A stretch of 64,000 nt of DNA, taken from NCBI GenBank assembly GCA_963707025.1, contig CAVPOM010000014.1, positions 1 through 64,000 on the forward strand. The letters are read 5' to 3'. The position numbers and the translations under genes are program-made. Shown piece by piece: positions 6,696 through 17,031 of the stretch (its first letter is position 1; each line of letters begins with the position of its first letter). The notes under the pieces were generated by a model that was given only the letters and a program-made list of their open reading frames with translations, ran no database searches and was not told where the DNA came from. Source of the DNA: an uncultured Verrucomicrobiae bacterium. Lineage in GTDB: Bacteria; Verrucomicrobiota; Verrucomicrobiia; Limisphaerales; Palsa-1400.

Positions 6696-8129
6696 ATGAA
6701 TTTCGTGCCGCCAGAACTGGACCGCATTCTCCGCCAGACGCCGGAGTTGGGCCAAGCCTGGCTGGTGGGCGGTTGTGTGCGGGATGGCTTGCTCGGTTGT
6801 CCCGGCATGGATTTCGACGTGGAGGTCTTCGGGATCGGCTGCGAAACGCTGGCGCGGGCCCTGGCGCGCTGGGGAAAAGTGGATCTGGTCGGGCAGTCCT
6901 TTGGGGTGGTCAAACTGACGACGGACGGGGAGCACCGCTATGATTTCACCGTTCCGCGAAGGGACTCGAAAAGGGCGGCCGGCCACAAAGGCTTCGCGGT
7001 GGAATTGGACCCGGCCATCACGCCCGCGCAGGCGGCGGCGCGGCGCGATTTCACCATCAATTCGCTCATGTTCGATCCGCGCACGGGGGAGCTGCTGGAC
7101 TTTTTTGGCGGCGCGGCGGATTTGCAGGCAAGAATACTGCGCCACACCAGCCCGGCTTTTGTGGAGGACCCGTTGCGCGTGCTGCGCGGCATGCAGTTGG
7201 CCGCGCGTTTCAATCTGCAACCCGCCGGCGAAACGGTCGAACTGTGCCGCCGGATCAAAGGCGGTTTCAGCGAACTGGCCGGCCAGCGCGTGCGCGATGA
7301 GTGGTTTAAGTGGGCGGAAAAAAGCGCGGCGCCGTCCGCCGGATTGAAGTTTCTGGCCGCCACCGGATGGGTGGAGCACTTCCCGGAAATCCAGGCCTTG
7401 CTCGGCACGGCGCAGGACCCGGAATGGCATCCGGAAGGCGATGTCTTCGTCCACACCGGCCACTGTTGCGACGCCATGGCCCGGCTGCCGGAGTGGCAGT
7501 CGGCCACTCCGGAGGCGCGCGCGGTCTATATGCTGGCGATTCTGGCCCACGACTTTGGCAAGCCGGCCACCACGCACGCCGCGGTGAAGGATGGCCGGAG
7601 CCGGATTGTTTCGCCGGGGCACGACGCGCTGGGCGGGAAGCTGGCGCAAAAGTTTCTGGAGCGGATTCACGCGCCCCCGGCCATCCAGGCCAGGGTCGTG
7701 CCCTTGGTGGTCAACCATATTATCCACTTTCCGAGCATGACCGACCGCGCCCTGCGCCGGCTGGCCAAACGGCTGGAACCGGAGAACATCCAGGGTTTGT
7801 GCCTGGTGATGACCGCCGACGCCATGGGCCGCCCGCCGCGGCCGGTGGCGGAGCCGGAGAACGTGCCGCGGCTGCTGGCGCGGGCTCGCGCATTGCAGGT
7901 CCAGGAAAAGCCGCCCGCACCCATCCTCATGGGGCGGCATTTGCTGGAGCTGGGACTGTCCCCCGGCAGAGACTTCGGCGTGATTCTGCATCGCGCTTAC
8001 GAAGCGCAATTGGAAGGGCTGTTTTTCGATTTGACGCACGCCTGGGCATGGCTGCGGCAGCAGGGCGATCTGCCGCTGAGCCTGGGCGTCCGGCGGGAGT
8101 TGGAAGTGCGCGCCCGCCGGGAAGGGTAG
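6696..8129 (+). CDS. cca: CCA-adding tRNA nucleotidyltransferase with HD domain
   Basis: LVGGCVRD, DFDVEV, RRDFTINS, EDPLRVLR, WHPEGDVFVHT and AHDFGK motifs. Confidence 0.88.
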   Translation: MNFVPPELDRILRQTPELGQAWLVGGCVRDGLLGCPGMDFDVEVFGIGCETLARALARWGKVDLVGQSFGVVKLTTDGEHRYDFTVPRRDSKRAAGHKGFAVELDPAITPAQAAARRDFTINSLMFDPRTGELLDFFGGAADLQARILRHTSPAFVEDPLRVLRGMQLAARFNLQPAGETVELCRRIKGGFSELAGQRVRDEWFKWAEKSAAPSAGLKFLAATGWVEHFPEIQALLGTAQDPEWHPEGDVFVHTGHCCDAMARLPEWQSATPEARAVYMLAILAHDFGKPATTHAAVKDGRSRIVSPGHDALGGKLAQKFLERIHAPPAIQARVVPLVVNHIIHFPSMTDRALRRLAKRLEPENIQGLCLVMTADAMGRPPRPVAEPENVPRLLARARALQVQEKPPAPILMGRHLLELGLSPGRDFGVILHRAYEAQLEGLFFDLTHAWAWLRQQGDLPLSLGVRRELEVRARREG

Positions 8130-8133
8130 GGGA

Positions 8134-8592
8134 TCACTTGGGGAAAATCCGCTCAAAAACCTGGTAGTGCGTCTCGTTCAGCCCGAGCCGGTGATAGACT
8201 TCCCGCGCCGGATGGTTTTCCCTTTCCATGTACAACCGCAATCCGCAAACATCTTTTTGCGCGGCGGCCTGGGCGGCGGCCTGGCCGAAGAGCGCCTTGA
8301 AAATGCCGCGCCCGCGAAACTCCTTTTGCACATAGACGCTTTGCAGCCACCAAAAATTCCCGTTGCGCCAGTCGCTCCACTCATACGTAATGAGGACCTG
8401 GCCAAGGACCGCGCCCTGGCTTTCGGCCACAAAATAGATGCCCCGGGCTGGATCGCGCAGAACCGCCTCCACCCCCGGTCGCACGACCGCAGGATCCAGC
8501 CGGAGATTCTCGGTCTCCAGCGCCAGCGCGACGTTGAACGCGGCGATCACGTCGCGGTCAGCGAGCCTGGATTGGCGGATGAGAAATTCGAT
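8134..8592 (-). CDS. GNAT family N-acetyltransferase (start codon reads ATC)
   Basis: TYEWSDWRNGNFWWLQSVYVQKEFRGRGIFKAL...LRLYMERENHPA. Confidence 0.85.
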   Translation of the reverse strand: MEFLIRQSRLADRDVIAAFNVALALETENLRLDPAVVRPGVEAVLRDPARGIYFVAESQGAVLGQVLITYEWSDWRNGNFWWLQSVYVQKEFRGRGIFKALFGQAAAQAAAQKDVCGLRLYMERENHPAREVYHRLGLNETHYQVFERIFPK

Positions 8593-8785
8593 GCGCGGAT
8601 TGTAACCAGCCGCCCCGCCGTTGGTAAATCGCAAATTGAGGGCGGTGCGGAAATGAGAAGCGCAAAATGCAAGTTGGAAAATTCGGCACTTTTTCGCCGG
8701 CCGGCTGCGCTTCGCCGGGAGCCGGGAGAAGGGGACAATTGACAAACCGGTCATGGGGACTACCCTGCCTTGCCTGAAAAACCCC

Positions 8786-8980
8786 ATGAATGTCGGCAAA
8801 TACAAATTAGTGGTCGCTCCGCGGGATGAAATCGAGGACCAGGTGAACGCCCTCATCCAGGCCGGCTGGCAGCCCTTCGGCGCCCCGTTTCTTTTACCAG
8901 CCAAGGGCGACGACCTGACGTTGCAGGAGAACATGATCTATCAGGCCATGGTCCGTCCGGCCCAGGCTGATGTCCCATAA
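8786..8980 (+). CDS. DUF1737-like small protein
   Basis: VNALIQAGWQPFG...IYQAMV motif. Confidence 0.7.
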   Translation: MNVGKYKLVVAPRDEIEDQVNALIQAGWQPFGAPFLLPAKGDDLTLQENMIYQAMVRPAQADVP

Positions 8981-9107
8981 TTCCATTCCCTCATGGGCCG
9001 GAAAAATGGGGAGGCGGGCGGCTCTGCCCCGAGTCCCATTTGCTTTTGGCGCAGGGCGCGTCACAAAAGCCTTGCGCTGGAACAGTCCGTCCGGCATGAT
9101 TGGCGCC

Positions 9108-10577
9108 ATGACCTCGACCTACTCATCCGATTCGTCCCGCGCCGGATTATCCCGCCGCACCTTCATTTTTTTGTCCGCCATGGCGGCCGGCGGTCTGGCC
9201 GCGGGCGGGTGCGCCTCTCCCCGGCCCCGGCCCCGCCTGGTCTCCGCCAACGCCAAGCTCAACATTGCCATCGTCGGCTACGGCGGCAAGGGCGCGGGCG
9301 ACGCCGCCTGCTGTTCGGGCGAAAACATTGTCGCCCTCTGCGACGCCGATGAGAAGATCGGGGACCGCGTGCGCGCCGCGCACCCCAAGGCGGCCTACTA
9401 CCAGGACTTCCGGCAAATGCTGGACAAGGAGAAGTCCCTGGATGCCCTCGACATCGCCACGCCCGACCATTTGCATGCCTGTATCGCCGCGGCGGCCATG
9501 AACCTGGGCAAACACGTCTATGTCCAGAAACCGCTGACCCACTCCGTTTACGAGGCCCGGCTGCTGCGCAAGCTGGCCGCCAAAAACAAAGTGGCCACGC
9601 AAATGGGCAATCAGGGCAGTGCCGAGAACGGCTTGCGCCGCGCCGTGGAAGTCATTCAAGCCGGCCTCATCGGCCAAGTCCATGATGTCCATGTCTGGAC
9701 CAACCGCCCCATTTGGCCGCAGGGCCTGGAACGGCCCGAAGGCTCGGATCCTGTGCCGGCCGGCTTGAATTGGGATGTGTGGCTCGGCCCCGCCCCCGTG
9801 CGGCCCTTCAAAGGCAACCGGACCTATCACACCTTCAATTGGCGCGGACGGATTGATTTCGGCACCGGCGCCCTGGGCGACATGGCCTGCCACACCTGCA
9901 ACCTGCCCTTCCGCGCCCTCAAACTGGGCTACCCCTCCGAAATCGAAGCCGAAACGGTGGATCTGACCAAGGACTGCTACCCGATCAAATCCAAAATCCG
10001 ATTCCAATTCCCGGCGCGGGAAGGCTTGGCGCCGGTCACCTTCCGCTGGTACGACGGAGGCAACCGCACCCAGAACGCCAGACGCGGCGGAGGATCTCAC
10101 GACGGCAACAACAAACCTCCCACCGAGGCCACGGCCGACATCTTGACCATCCCCATCTTTGACCAGATTCCCAACAGCGGCTGTTTAATGCTGGGCGACA
10201 AGGGCCAAATCTTTTCGCCCGACGACTACGGGACCACGTTCTACCTCAAGTTAAAGGATGAGAACAAATTCAGCCGGGGAGCAACCCATCCGGCCGTCAA
10301 AGCGGTCGCACAAACCATTCCACGCAACCCTTTCATGGCCGACAACAACAGTGATGCGGCGCAACATCTGGAGTGGATCGCCGCCTGCAAAGGAGGCAAG
10401 CCGGGGTATTCCAATTTCGACATCGCCGCCTATCTCACCGAGATCATGCTCCTGGGGTGCGTCGCCATGCGCGCCGGCAAGAAACTCGAATGGGACGGGC
10501 CCAACATGCGCGCCAAGAACGCCCCCGCAGCCTCCCAATTCGTCCACCCGGCCTTCCGCAAAGGATGGCTGATTTGA
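9108..10577 (+). CDS. Tat-exported Gfo/Idh/MocA oxidoreductase
   Basis: SRRTF signal; IATPDHLH, HVYVQKPLTH and GALGDMACH motifs. Confidence 0.92.
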   Translation: MTSTYSSDSSRAGLSRRTFIFLSAMAAGGLAAGGCASPRPRPRLVSANAKLNIAIVGYGGKGAGDAACCSGENIVALCDADEKIGDRVRAAHPKAAYYQDFRQMLDKEKSLDALDIATPDHLHACIAAAAMNLGKHVYVQKPLTHSVYEARLLRKLAAKNKVATQMGNQGSAENGLRRAVEVIQAGLIGQVHDVHVWTNRPIWPQGLERPEGSDPVPAGLNWDVWLGPAPVRPFKGNRTYHTFNWRGRIDFGTGALGDMACHTCNLPFRALKLGYPSEIEAETVDLTKDCYPIKSKIRFQFPAREGLAPVTFRWYDGGNRTQNARRGGGSHDGNNKPPTEATADILTIPIFDQIPNSGCLMLGDKGQIFSPDDYGTTFYLKLKDENKFSRGATHPAVKAVAQTIPRNPFMADNNSDAAQHLEWIAACKGGKPGYSNFDIAAYLTEIMLLGCVAMRAGKKLEWDGPNMRAKNAPAASQFVHPAFRKGWLI

Positions 10578-10606
10578 CAACCCACAAACCACACCAAGAA
10601 AAGAAT

Positions 10607-11458
10607 ATGTCTCCGTTCACCAGACGCGAATTCATCGGCGCCGCCACCGTCGGCGCCGCCGCCCTCATGGCCGGACCCGCCAACCTCCTCGCCGCGGCGC
10701 GCAAGAAATTGCCCGTCGGGGTCCAGCTTTACTCCGTGCGCAACGACTTTTCCAAAGACGTGCCCGGCGTCCTGGCCGGGATCAAAAAAATCGGCTACGA
10801 GGGCGTTGAGTTTGCCGGTTACGCCAATTACGGCAACAATGCCGCCGGCTTGCGAAAACTGCTGGACGACAATGGCCTCAAAGCCGCCGGCTCCCACATC
10901 CAGGGTGGTCTGCCCACCCTCCAGGGAGACGGCTTCGCCCGGGAGACCGAATTCAACAAAGTCCTGGGCAACGACCGGCTCATCATCGCCAGCGGCAACG
11001 CCAGGACGATTGATGACTGGACCCGGTTTGCCGACAGCTTCAGCGCGCTCGCCGAAAAACTCAAGCCCCTCCACATGCGCATCGGCTATCACAACCACAC
11101 CGGCGAGTTCACCCCGGTGGACGGCCAGATTCCCGAATTCATTTTCTTTGACAAGGCCAGCCCCGACGTTTTCGTCCAGCTTGACATCGGCCACTGCGCC
11201 CACGGGGGCGGCGATCCCGTCGCTGTCATCAACAAATACAGCAGCCGCCTGGTCAGCGTCCATGTCAAGGATTGGGAACCCGCCACCCGCGGCGACATCG
11301 TGGGCGAAGGCATCGTCAAATGGCCCGAAGTGCTGGCGGCCTGCGCCGGCGCGCCCAACCTGCAGTGGTACAATATCGAAGAGGAAAGCGGCAAGTTCCC
11401 CGGCTTGGAAGGCATTGACAAGGACTTCAAGAACTTCACCAAAATGTTCGAAGCCTGA
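10607..11458 (+). CDS. Tat-exported sugar phosphate isomerase/epimerase (xylose isomerase-like TIM barrel)
   Basis: TRREF signal; GVQLYSVR, GYHNH, QLDIGH and HVKD motifs. Confidence 0.9.
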   Translation: MSPFTRREFIGAATVGAAALMAGPANLLAAARKKLPVGVQLYSVRNDFSKDVPGVLAGIKKIGYEGVEFAGYANYGNNAAGLRKLLDDNGLKAAGSHIQGGLPTLQGDGFARETEFNKVLGNDRLIIASGNARTIDDWTRFADSFSALAEKLKPLHMRIGYHNHTGEFTPVDGQIPEFIFFDKASPDVFVQLDIGHCAHGGGDPVAVINKYSSRLVSVHVKDWEPATRGDIVGEGIVKWPEVLAACAGAPNLQWYNIEEESGKFPGLEGIDKDFKNFTKMFEA

Positions 11459-11478
11459 ATCCTGTCCAGAACACAGGC

Positions 11479-13497
11479 GTGATTTTCGAAAGCCGGCCAA
11501 CGCCCCGGCCAAAGGATTGGCTGTGGGGCCTGCTTTTGCTGGCCGCCACCCTCCTGGCCTATCAGCCTGTCTGGCGCGCCGGCTTCATCTGGGATGATGA
11601 CGCCCATCTGACCAGCCCGGCGCTCCGTTCCTGGAGCGGCTTGGAGCAAATCTGGACAAAACTTGGGGCCACCCCGCAGTACTATCCGCTGGTTCACACT
11701 GTTTTTTGGATCGAGCACCGGTTTTGGGGCGAGGCCCCGCTGGGGTATCATTTGCTCAACGTTCTGCTCCATTTCTTTTCGGCGCTGTTGCTGGCGCGGG
11801 TGCTCCGGCGATTGGAGCTGCCCGGCGCCTGGCTGGCCGCGGCCCTCTTTGCCCTCCATCCCGTGCAGGTCGAATCGGTGGCATGGATCACCGAATTGAA
11901 GAACACGCTCTCGGGCCTTTGCTGCCTGGCTAGCGCCCTGGCCTACCTGCGCTTTGACCGGGAGAGGAAGCGGCTCTTTTACCTGCTCTCGCTGGGGCTG
12001 TTCGCGGCGGGACTGTTCGCCAAAACGGTCATCGCCACCATGCCGGCCGCCTTGCTCCTGCTGTTTTGCTGGCGGCGGAAAAAGTTGCGCTGGAAGGAGG
12101 AGGTGGCACCGCTGGCCCCGTTTTTCATCGCCGGCATTGCCCTGGGGTTGTTGACCGCATGGGTGGAGCGAACTCAGGTCATTCTCACCGCGGCATCCGC
12201 GTCGCACTTGTCCTTCATGCAACGCTGTCTGCTCCCCGGTCGCGCCCTCTGGTTTTACCTGGCAAAGCTGATTTGGCCGCACCCGCTGATTTTTATCTAT
12301 CCGCGCTGGGAGGTCAGCGGGGCCGTCTGGTGGCAGTTTCTCTTTCCGGCGGCGGCGCTGGCGCTGGCGGCGGCGCTCTGGCGCTGGAGGCGCGCTCTGG
12401 GCGGCGGGCCCCTGGTCGCGCTGCTCTTTTTCGCCGGGACCCTCTTTCCGGCGCTGGGGTTTTTTGATGTCTATCCCTTTCGCTATTCTTTTGTGGCCGA
12501 CCATTTTCAATACCTGGCCTGCCTCGGGCCGCTGGCGCTGGCGGCGGCCGGCCTGGAGCGCGGGTTGGGCTGGTTGACAAAACAAGTTCCTGTGCTGCAG
12601 GCCGTCTTTTGCGCCGCGTTGCTGACGGCGCTCGGCGCCTTGACCTGGCATCAATGCGGGATGTATGCCGGCCCGGAAACACTCTGGCGCGCCACCATCG
12701 CCCGCAATCCGGGCTGCTGGCTGGCCCACAACAACCTGGGCGCGCTCTGCGTCCAAAAAGGGGAGGTGGCGCAAGGCGTGGCGCAATTCCGGCAGGCTCT
12801 GGCCATCAAGCCCGGCGAGGCAGAAGCGCACTTCAATCTCGCCATGGCCCTGGCCATAAAGGGAGACGCGGAGGAAGCCATCGCCCAATTCCGCCAGGCC
12901 CTGGCCATCAAGCCCGGCTCTGCCGAAGCCCGCTATAATCTGGGCCTTGTTCTGGCGCGCAAGGGAGAATTGAAGGAAGCCATCGCCCAATACCGCCAGG
13001 CCCTGGCCATCAAGCCCGCTTTTGCCGAAGCGCACTACGACTTGGGCCTCGCTTTGGCCCGGAGCGGCAAGCTCGACGACGCCATTGCCCAATACCGCGG
13101 CGCTTTGCAATTCAAGCCTGATTATGTCGAAGCCCTCAACAACCTGGGCATTGCGCTCGTCCAGAAAAAAGACTTGGAGGAAGCCGTCGCCCAATTCCGG
13201 CAGGCCCTTGCCCTTCAGCCGGGCCAGGCCCAAGCCCACTACAATCTGGGCACCGCTCTGGCACTGAAGGGAGAAGAGGGGGAAGCCGTCGCCCAATTCC
13301 AGCAAGCGGTTGCCATCAAGCCCGACTATGCCGAAGCCCACTTCAACCTGGGCGTCGCCCTGGCTTCGATGGGTCAAACGGACCAAGCCATCGCCCAATA
13401 CCGCCGGGCCTTGGAGATCAAGCCCGACTACGAGGAAGCCCGCCGGCGCCTTGCTGCATTGCCTTCAAGTCCAACAGCGCGGCCATCAAAGCAATAA
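11479..13497 (+). CDS. TMTC-like membrane glycosyltransferase with C-terminal TPR repeats
   Basis: FIWDD, LFALHPVQVESVAWITE and VADHFQY in a multi-TM N-terminus, followed by 34-aa TPRs (AHNNLG, AHFNLG). Confidence 0.88.
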   Translation: MIFESRPTPRPKDWLWGLLLLAATLLAYQPVWRAGFIWDDDAHLTSPALRSWSGLEQIWTKLGATPQYYPLVHTVFWIEHRFWGEAPLGYHLLNVLLHFFSALLLARVLRRLELPGAWLAAALFALHPVQVESVAWITELKNTLSGLCCLASALAYLRFDRERKRLFYLLSLGLFAAGLFAKTVIATMPAALLLLFCWRRKKLRWKEEVAPLAPFFIAGIALGLLTAWVERTQVILTAASASHLSFMQRCLLPGRALWFYLAKLIWPHPLIFIYPRWEVSGAVWWQFLFPAAALALAAALWRWRRALGGGPLVALLFFAGTLFPALGFFDVYPFRYSFVADHFQYLACLGPLALAAAGLERGLGWLTKQVPVLQAVFCAALLTALGALTWHQCGMYAGPETLWRATIARNPGCWLAHNNLGALCVQKGEVAQGVAQFRQALAIKPGEAEAHFNLAMALAIKGDAEEAIAQFRQALAIKPGSAEARYNLGLVLARKGELKEAIAQYRQALAIKPAFAEAHYDLGLALARSGKLDDAIAQYRGALQFKPDYVEALNNLGIALVQKKDLEEAVAQFRQALALQPGQAQAHYNLGTALALKGEEGEAVAQFQQAVAIKPDYAEAHFNLGVALASMGQTDQAIAQYRRALEIKPDYEEARRRLAALPSSPTARPSKQ

Positions 13498-13591
13498 CGG
13501 GTGATTTGTTGTACTGTTGAGCTTGTGGCTCGAAATCGGCGCGCCGCGCCGAGACTACAACATTCAAATTAGCCCCCGCCCAATAACCACT

Positions 13592-14140
13592 CTAATCTCC
13601 TTGCTGCCGACTCCTTGCGAGCTGATGCGGTAGTAGCGGCCGGAATTGCCCGACCGGTTGTTTTCGCTTCAAGGGTGGTGTTGGAGCCAGGTACTCGCGG
13701 AAAGAACGCAGCCGGGGAAGGGATTCACGGTCCTTTTGCCGGTTCGTCGCCGCCTTGCTCGCAATGATGTCGTCAATGTGGCAGACGGGGAAACCTTCCA
13801 CATCCACCCGGCGCCTCCACGCGTCCTCAAATCGCTCGATCCCGTCCGGCGCGAAGATCAAATCCAAATCAAAAGGGCCGTTCTTCAACTGCACGAAGTC
13901 CTTGCCCCGGTTGATTTCGCCCGCTTGCGCCTCCGTCAGCGCGAAACCCAACTGGCGCAAGGCCTGCACCAGCGCTTCCCCGTTCTTGGGGGAACGCTCC
14001 ACGAAAAGAACCGCATCCTGCGTGGTGTCGGGGAAACCCAGCAGAATCGCTCCGGACTTGCCGAGGAAAAGATAACGCACCTGATGCGAGCGGAAAACGT
14101 CGCGGATTTCCCTGGCCTGGCGGTAATCAAACGCGCCCAT
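13592..14140 (-). CDS. Nucleotidyltransferase-like protein
   Basis: YLFLGKSGAILLGFPDTTQD...DIIASKAATNRQKDRESLP. Confidence 0.75.
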   Translation of the reverse strand: MGAFDYRQAREIRDVFRSHQVRYLFLGKSGAILLGFPDTTQDAVLFVERSPKNGEALVQALRQLGFALTEAQAGEINRGKDFVQLKNGPFDLDLIFAPDGIERFEDAWRRRVDVEGFPVCHIDDIIASKAATNRQKDRESLPRLRSFREYLAPTPPLKRKQPVGQFRPLLPHQLARSRQQGD

Positions 14141-14351
14141 ATCCCAGCCACTCCGGCAGATTGGTTTCGCACCAGCGGCGATATTCCTCCATGCTGGCAA
14201 AGGCCCGAAAAGGCTCGTCGTCCATCACCGGTTTGTAAGTCTTGATGAAGGCGTAGCGCAAGCGCGTTTCCAGCGGCCGGCGCGCCGCCGCCTCGAACTC
14301 CTCCAACCATTCGGGCGGAATGGCCGGATTCTCCTGGGATGCGCTTTCCAT
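14127..14351 (-). CDS. Small acidic protein overlapping the nucleotidyltransferase start (possible antitoxin or partner)
   Basis: 74-aa ORF overlapping the downstream gene by 14 nt. Confidence 0.65.
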   Translation of the reverse strand: MESASQENPAIPPEWLEEFEAAARRPLETRLRYAFIKTYKPVMDDEPFRAFASMEEYRRWCETNLPEWLGYGRV

Positions 14352-14574
14352 GGCCTCTCAATCTGCAAATTCCAGCCGGAATTGCAAGCCCGCGCGTAAG
14401 GCGTCAGTCTTGGTTGGCAGGGCGGGTCCCGAATTATCCGGACCGGCCGCAGGCCGGCCGTGCGGCGTTGTTTCCTCTGGCAATGCCCGTCCTGCCCGGC
14501 CCGCGCAGACTTGACCGGCGGCGGCCAAAAAGTTTAAACTTTAATCCGCGAGCGGCCAATCGTATAACGTCGGC

Positions 14575-15222
14575 ATGTTGCCTAGTTTTTTGTCCGAGGG
14601 CGGGTGGATGATTTGGCTGATTATGGCCACCAGCGCCGTGGCGGTGGCCGTCTTCCTGGAACGCTTGCTCCAATACCATCGCGAACAAATCAATTCCGGC
14701 GAGTTCCTCAACGGCGTCCGCAATGTCCTCAAACGCGAGAATGTGGTGGAGGCTTTGGCCATCTGCGACGCCACGCCGGGTCCGGTGGCGCGGCTGGTCA
14801 AGGTGGCCATTCTCAACCGGGAACGCGGGCGCTTCGCCGTGCAGGAGGCCCTGGAGGACGCCGGGGCCTGGGAGGTGCCCCGCCTGGAAGAGAAGCTCAA
14901 TCTGCTGGCCACCATCGCGCAAATCGCTCCCCTCATGGGCTTGCTCGGCACCGTCCTGGGGTTTATGAAGATGTTCCGCCAAATCGAGGACGCCGGCCTG
15001 AGCGCTCATGTCAGCCTGCTTTCCGGCGGCATCTGGCAGGCCCTCATCTGCACGGCGGCGGGGCTGGCCGTGGCCATTCCCTGCTACGCCGGCTATAATT
15101 ATCTGGTCGCCCGCATCAACGCCATCGTGCTGGACATGGAACAGGTCTCCAGCGAAATCTTGAACATCGTCACCCCGGCCCCGGCCGGCGAGCCGCCGCC
15201 GGGGTTGGCCGTCGCCAAATGA
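14575..15222 (+). CDS. exbB: MotA/TolQ/ExbB proton channel protein
   Basis: IAPLMGLLGTVLG...GIWQALICTAAGLAVAIP. Confidence 0.9.
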   Translation: MLPSFLSEGGWMIWLIMATSAVAVAVFLERLLQYHREQINSGEFLNGVRNVLKRENVVEALAICDATPGPVARLVKVAILNRERGRFAVQEALEDAGAWEVPRLEEKLNLLATIAQIAPLMGLLGTVLGFMKMFRQIEDAGLSAHVSLLSGGIWQALICTAAGLAVAIPCYAGYNYLVARINAIVLDMEQVSSEILNIVTPAPAGEPPPGLAVAK

Positions 15223-15878
15223 GATTTCCGCGCCAGGCAAAAATTTTTCGCGGCCAATTGGACGCGGCTCCCGTGGCCGGGTTGGTGTTTTTGCTCCTGA
15301 TGTTTATGCAGCTCAGCTCGTTGCTCTACACCCCGGGGGTGCTGGTGCGTCTGCAGAATCCGGCGGCCACCCTGCGCATCGGCAAGAGCGGCTTGATTCA
15401 GTTCGGCACCAATTTTTTCACCGACGCCGAGACCAACCAGTTGCGCGCCGCTTTGCAGAATTCCCCGGCGGGGCCGCCCTTTGACCTCCAGGTGGACCCG
15501 GCCACGCCGCCCAAGGCGGCCGCGCGCGCCGCCAATGCTGTCAACCAGATTTTTCTCGTCCATCTGCCCGCCGGCCGGCGGAACCTGATCGGCACGGACA
15601 ACCCCACCATCATGGTCGCGGTCAATTTCTTGGGGCAGTATTTTTATGACAACCAAATCGTGGGCGAGCAGGAGTTGAAGGCCGGATTCACCAACGCGCT
15701 CCAGGCGGCCGCCCGCCAATCCCGGCAGTTGACCTTGACCATCGCGGGCGACGAGCAGGTCAAGTGGGACGCCCTGACCCGCCTGGCGCAGTGGGCGCGC
15801 GAGGCCGGCATTAAAGAAACGATTCTGGCGGAGTGGCTCGACCAGCCCGCCGCGGCCGCCGCCAAGCCGGTGCCATGA
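15219..15878 (+). CDS. exbD: ExbD/TolR family protein
   Basis: N-terminal TM (LDAAPVAGLVFLLLMF) and C-terminal IAGDEQVKW; ATGA overlap with exbB. Confidence 0.8.
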   Translation: MRFPRQAKIFRGQLDAAPVAGLVFLLLMFMQLSSLLYTPGVLVRLQNPAATLRIGKSGLIQFGTNFFTDAETNQLRAALQNSPAGPPFDLQVDPATPPKAAARAANAVNQIFLVHLPAGRRNLIGTDNPTIMVAVNFLGQYFYDNQIVGEQELKAGFTNALQAAARQSRQLTLTIAGDEQVKWDALTRLAQWAREAGIKETILAEWLDQPAAAAAKPVP

Positions 15879-15944
15879 GCGCGTTTCCACCATTTCCCTC
15901 CTGCTCCTGATCTTAATCCCAATCCTCATCTCCCCGCCGGTTCC

Positions 15945-16703
15945 ATGAATGCCCCCAAACCAATTCCGCCCCGCTGGTCGCGCGGGCGCTTTTGGCTGAT
16001 GGTCGCGGTCTTGTTTGCCGGACAAGCTGGCTGGGTTATGCTCCTGGGGGAGCGCCCGCGTCCCGCGCCCGTTCCCGCGCCGCCCCGCTTGGGGCTGCGC
16101 CTGTTGGACACCCCTTTGGACAACGAGAGGTGGACGAAACATGTTTTCGCCGGAGATCCCACGGTGTTCCCGTCCTCCGCTCCCTACGGATTCGCCGATC
16201 AGGCCTGGCGGCGCCTGCGCACCAATGATTACGCCGCTCCTCTGGAGGAACCTGCGCCGGTTTTTTTGGACTTTGCCGCCCCATGGTCCGGCGCAGACCT
16301 CAATCCCTCAAGCCTGGAGCCGCACCCGACTCCCTTCCCGTTGGCCGGACTGGCCAACTCGTCCCCCTCCGGCCGTCCCCCTTTTGGGACGGAGCAAGCC
16401 AGCCTCCCGGAATCCTTTCTCCGCATGGAAGGCGCGTTGGCGGAACGCCTGCTGGGTCCGCCGGTGGTTTTGCCGTCCTGGACCACTAATTTTTTAGTGA
16501 CCAATTCGGTGGTTCGCTTTGCCGTTAATCGCGCCGGTCAGGTCGTTTCGGCGGTCTTGCTGGCCGGTTCCGGCCTCAAGACGGCGGACGATTCCGCCCT
16601 GGCGGCCGTCAATGTCCTGCGCTTTCGCCCGGTGGGGAAAAGCGCCCCGGAACGGGCCTGGGACACGGCCGTCTTTTACTGGAAAACCATCCCGCCGCCA
16701 TGA
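15945..16703 (+). CDS. TonB C-terminal domain protein
   Basis: TM anchor, Pro-rich linker, VRFAVNRAGQV...GSGLKTADDSAL; lies in the exbBD operon. Confidence 0.75.
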   Translation: MNAPKPIPPRWSRGRFWLMVAVLFAGQAGWVMLLGERPRPAPVPAPPRLGLRLLDTPLDNERWTKHVFAGDPTVFPSSAPYGFADQAWRRLRTNDYAAPLEEPAPVFLDFAAPWSGADLNPSSLEPHPTPFPLAGLANSSPSGRPPFGTEQASLPESFLRMEGALAERLLGPPVVLPSWTTNFLVTNSVVRFAVNRAGQVVSAVLLAGSGLKTADDSALAAVNVLRFRPVGKSAPERAWDTAVFYWKTIPPP

Positions 16704-16770
16704 CCGGGATTTTTCATTATGCCGCGTGAAATAAGACCGCCCAACCTCGCGCCAGCCGCGCTGGCCTGAT

Positions 16771-16995
16771 ATGTCCGCCGAGACGCTCATCCGCGCTTAT
16801 GTGCTTTCTTTGCTTGCGGCCCTTTCGCTGCTGGCCATATATTCGGACATTCGCAGCCGGCGCTTTCGCCCGGCGCGGGAAAAGGACCGGATCTTCCGCT
16901 GCGAGCGTTGCGGATTGGTTTATACGGACGATGCGGATGTGGACCGGTCCCGCTGCTCGCAGTGCGGAACCTTGAACGAGCCGATTCAATTTTGA
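16771..16995 (+). CDS. Small membrane-anchored Zn-ribbon protein
   Basis: TM helix followed by CERC...CSQC. Confidence 0.7.
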   Translation: MSAETLIRAYVLSLLAALSLLAIYSDIRSRRFRPAREKDRIFRCERCGLVYTDDADVDRSRCSQCGTLNEPIQF

Positions 16996-17031
16996 ATCCC
17001 TCGGCCTGGACCTTTAAGCAAACTGACACTT

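Noticed and set aside
11089..13398. Long antisense ORFs (also 6579-8156, 17014-18828, 47209-49305, 53307-54944)
   Set aside because: Shadow frames opposite well-supported genes in high-GC DNA.
13499..13576. Imperfect inverted repeat between the TPR and nucleotidyltransferase genes, as a MITE
   Set aside because: The arms match poorly, and there is no target duplication or second copy in the window.
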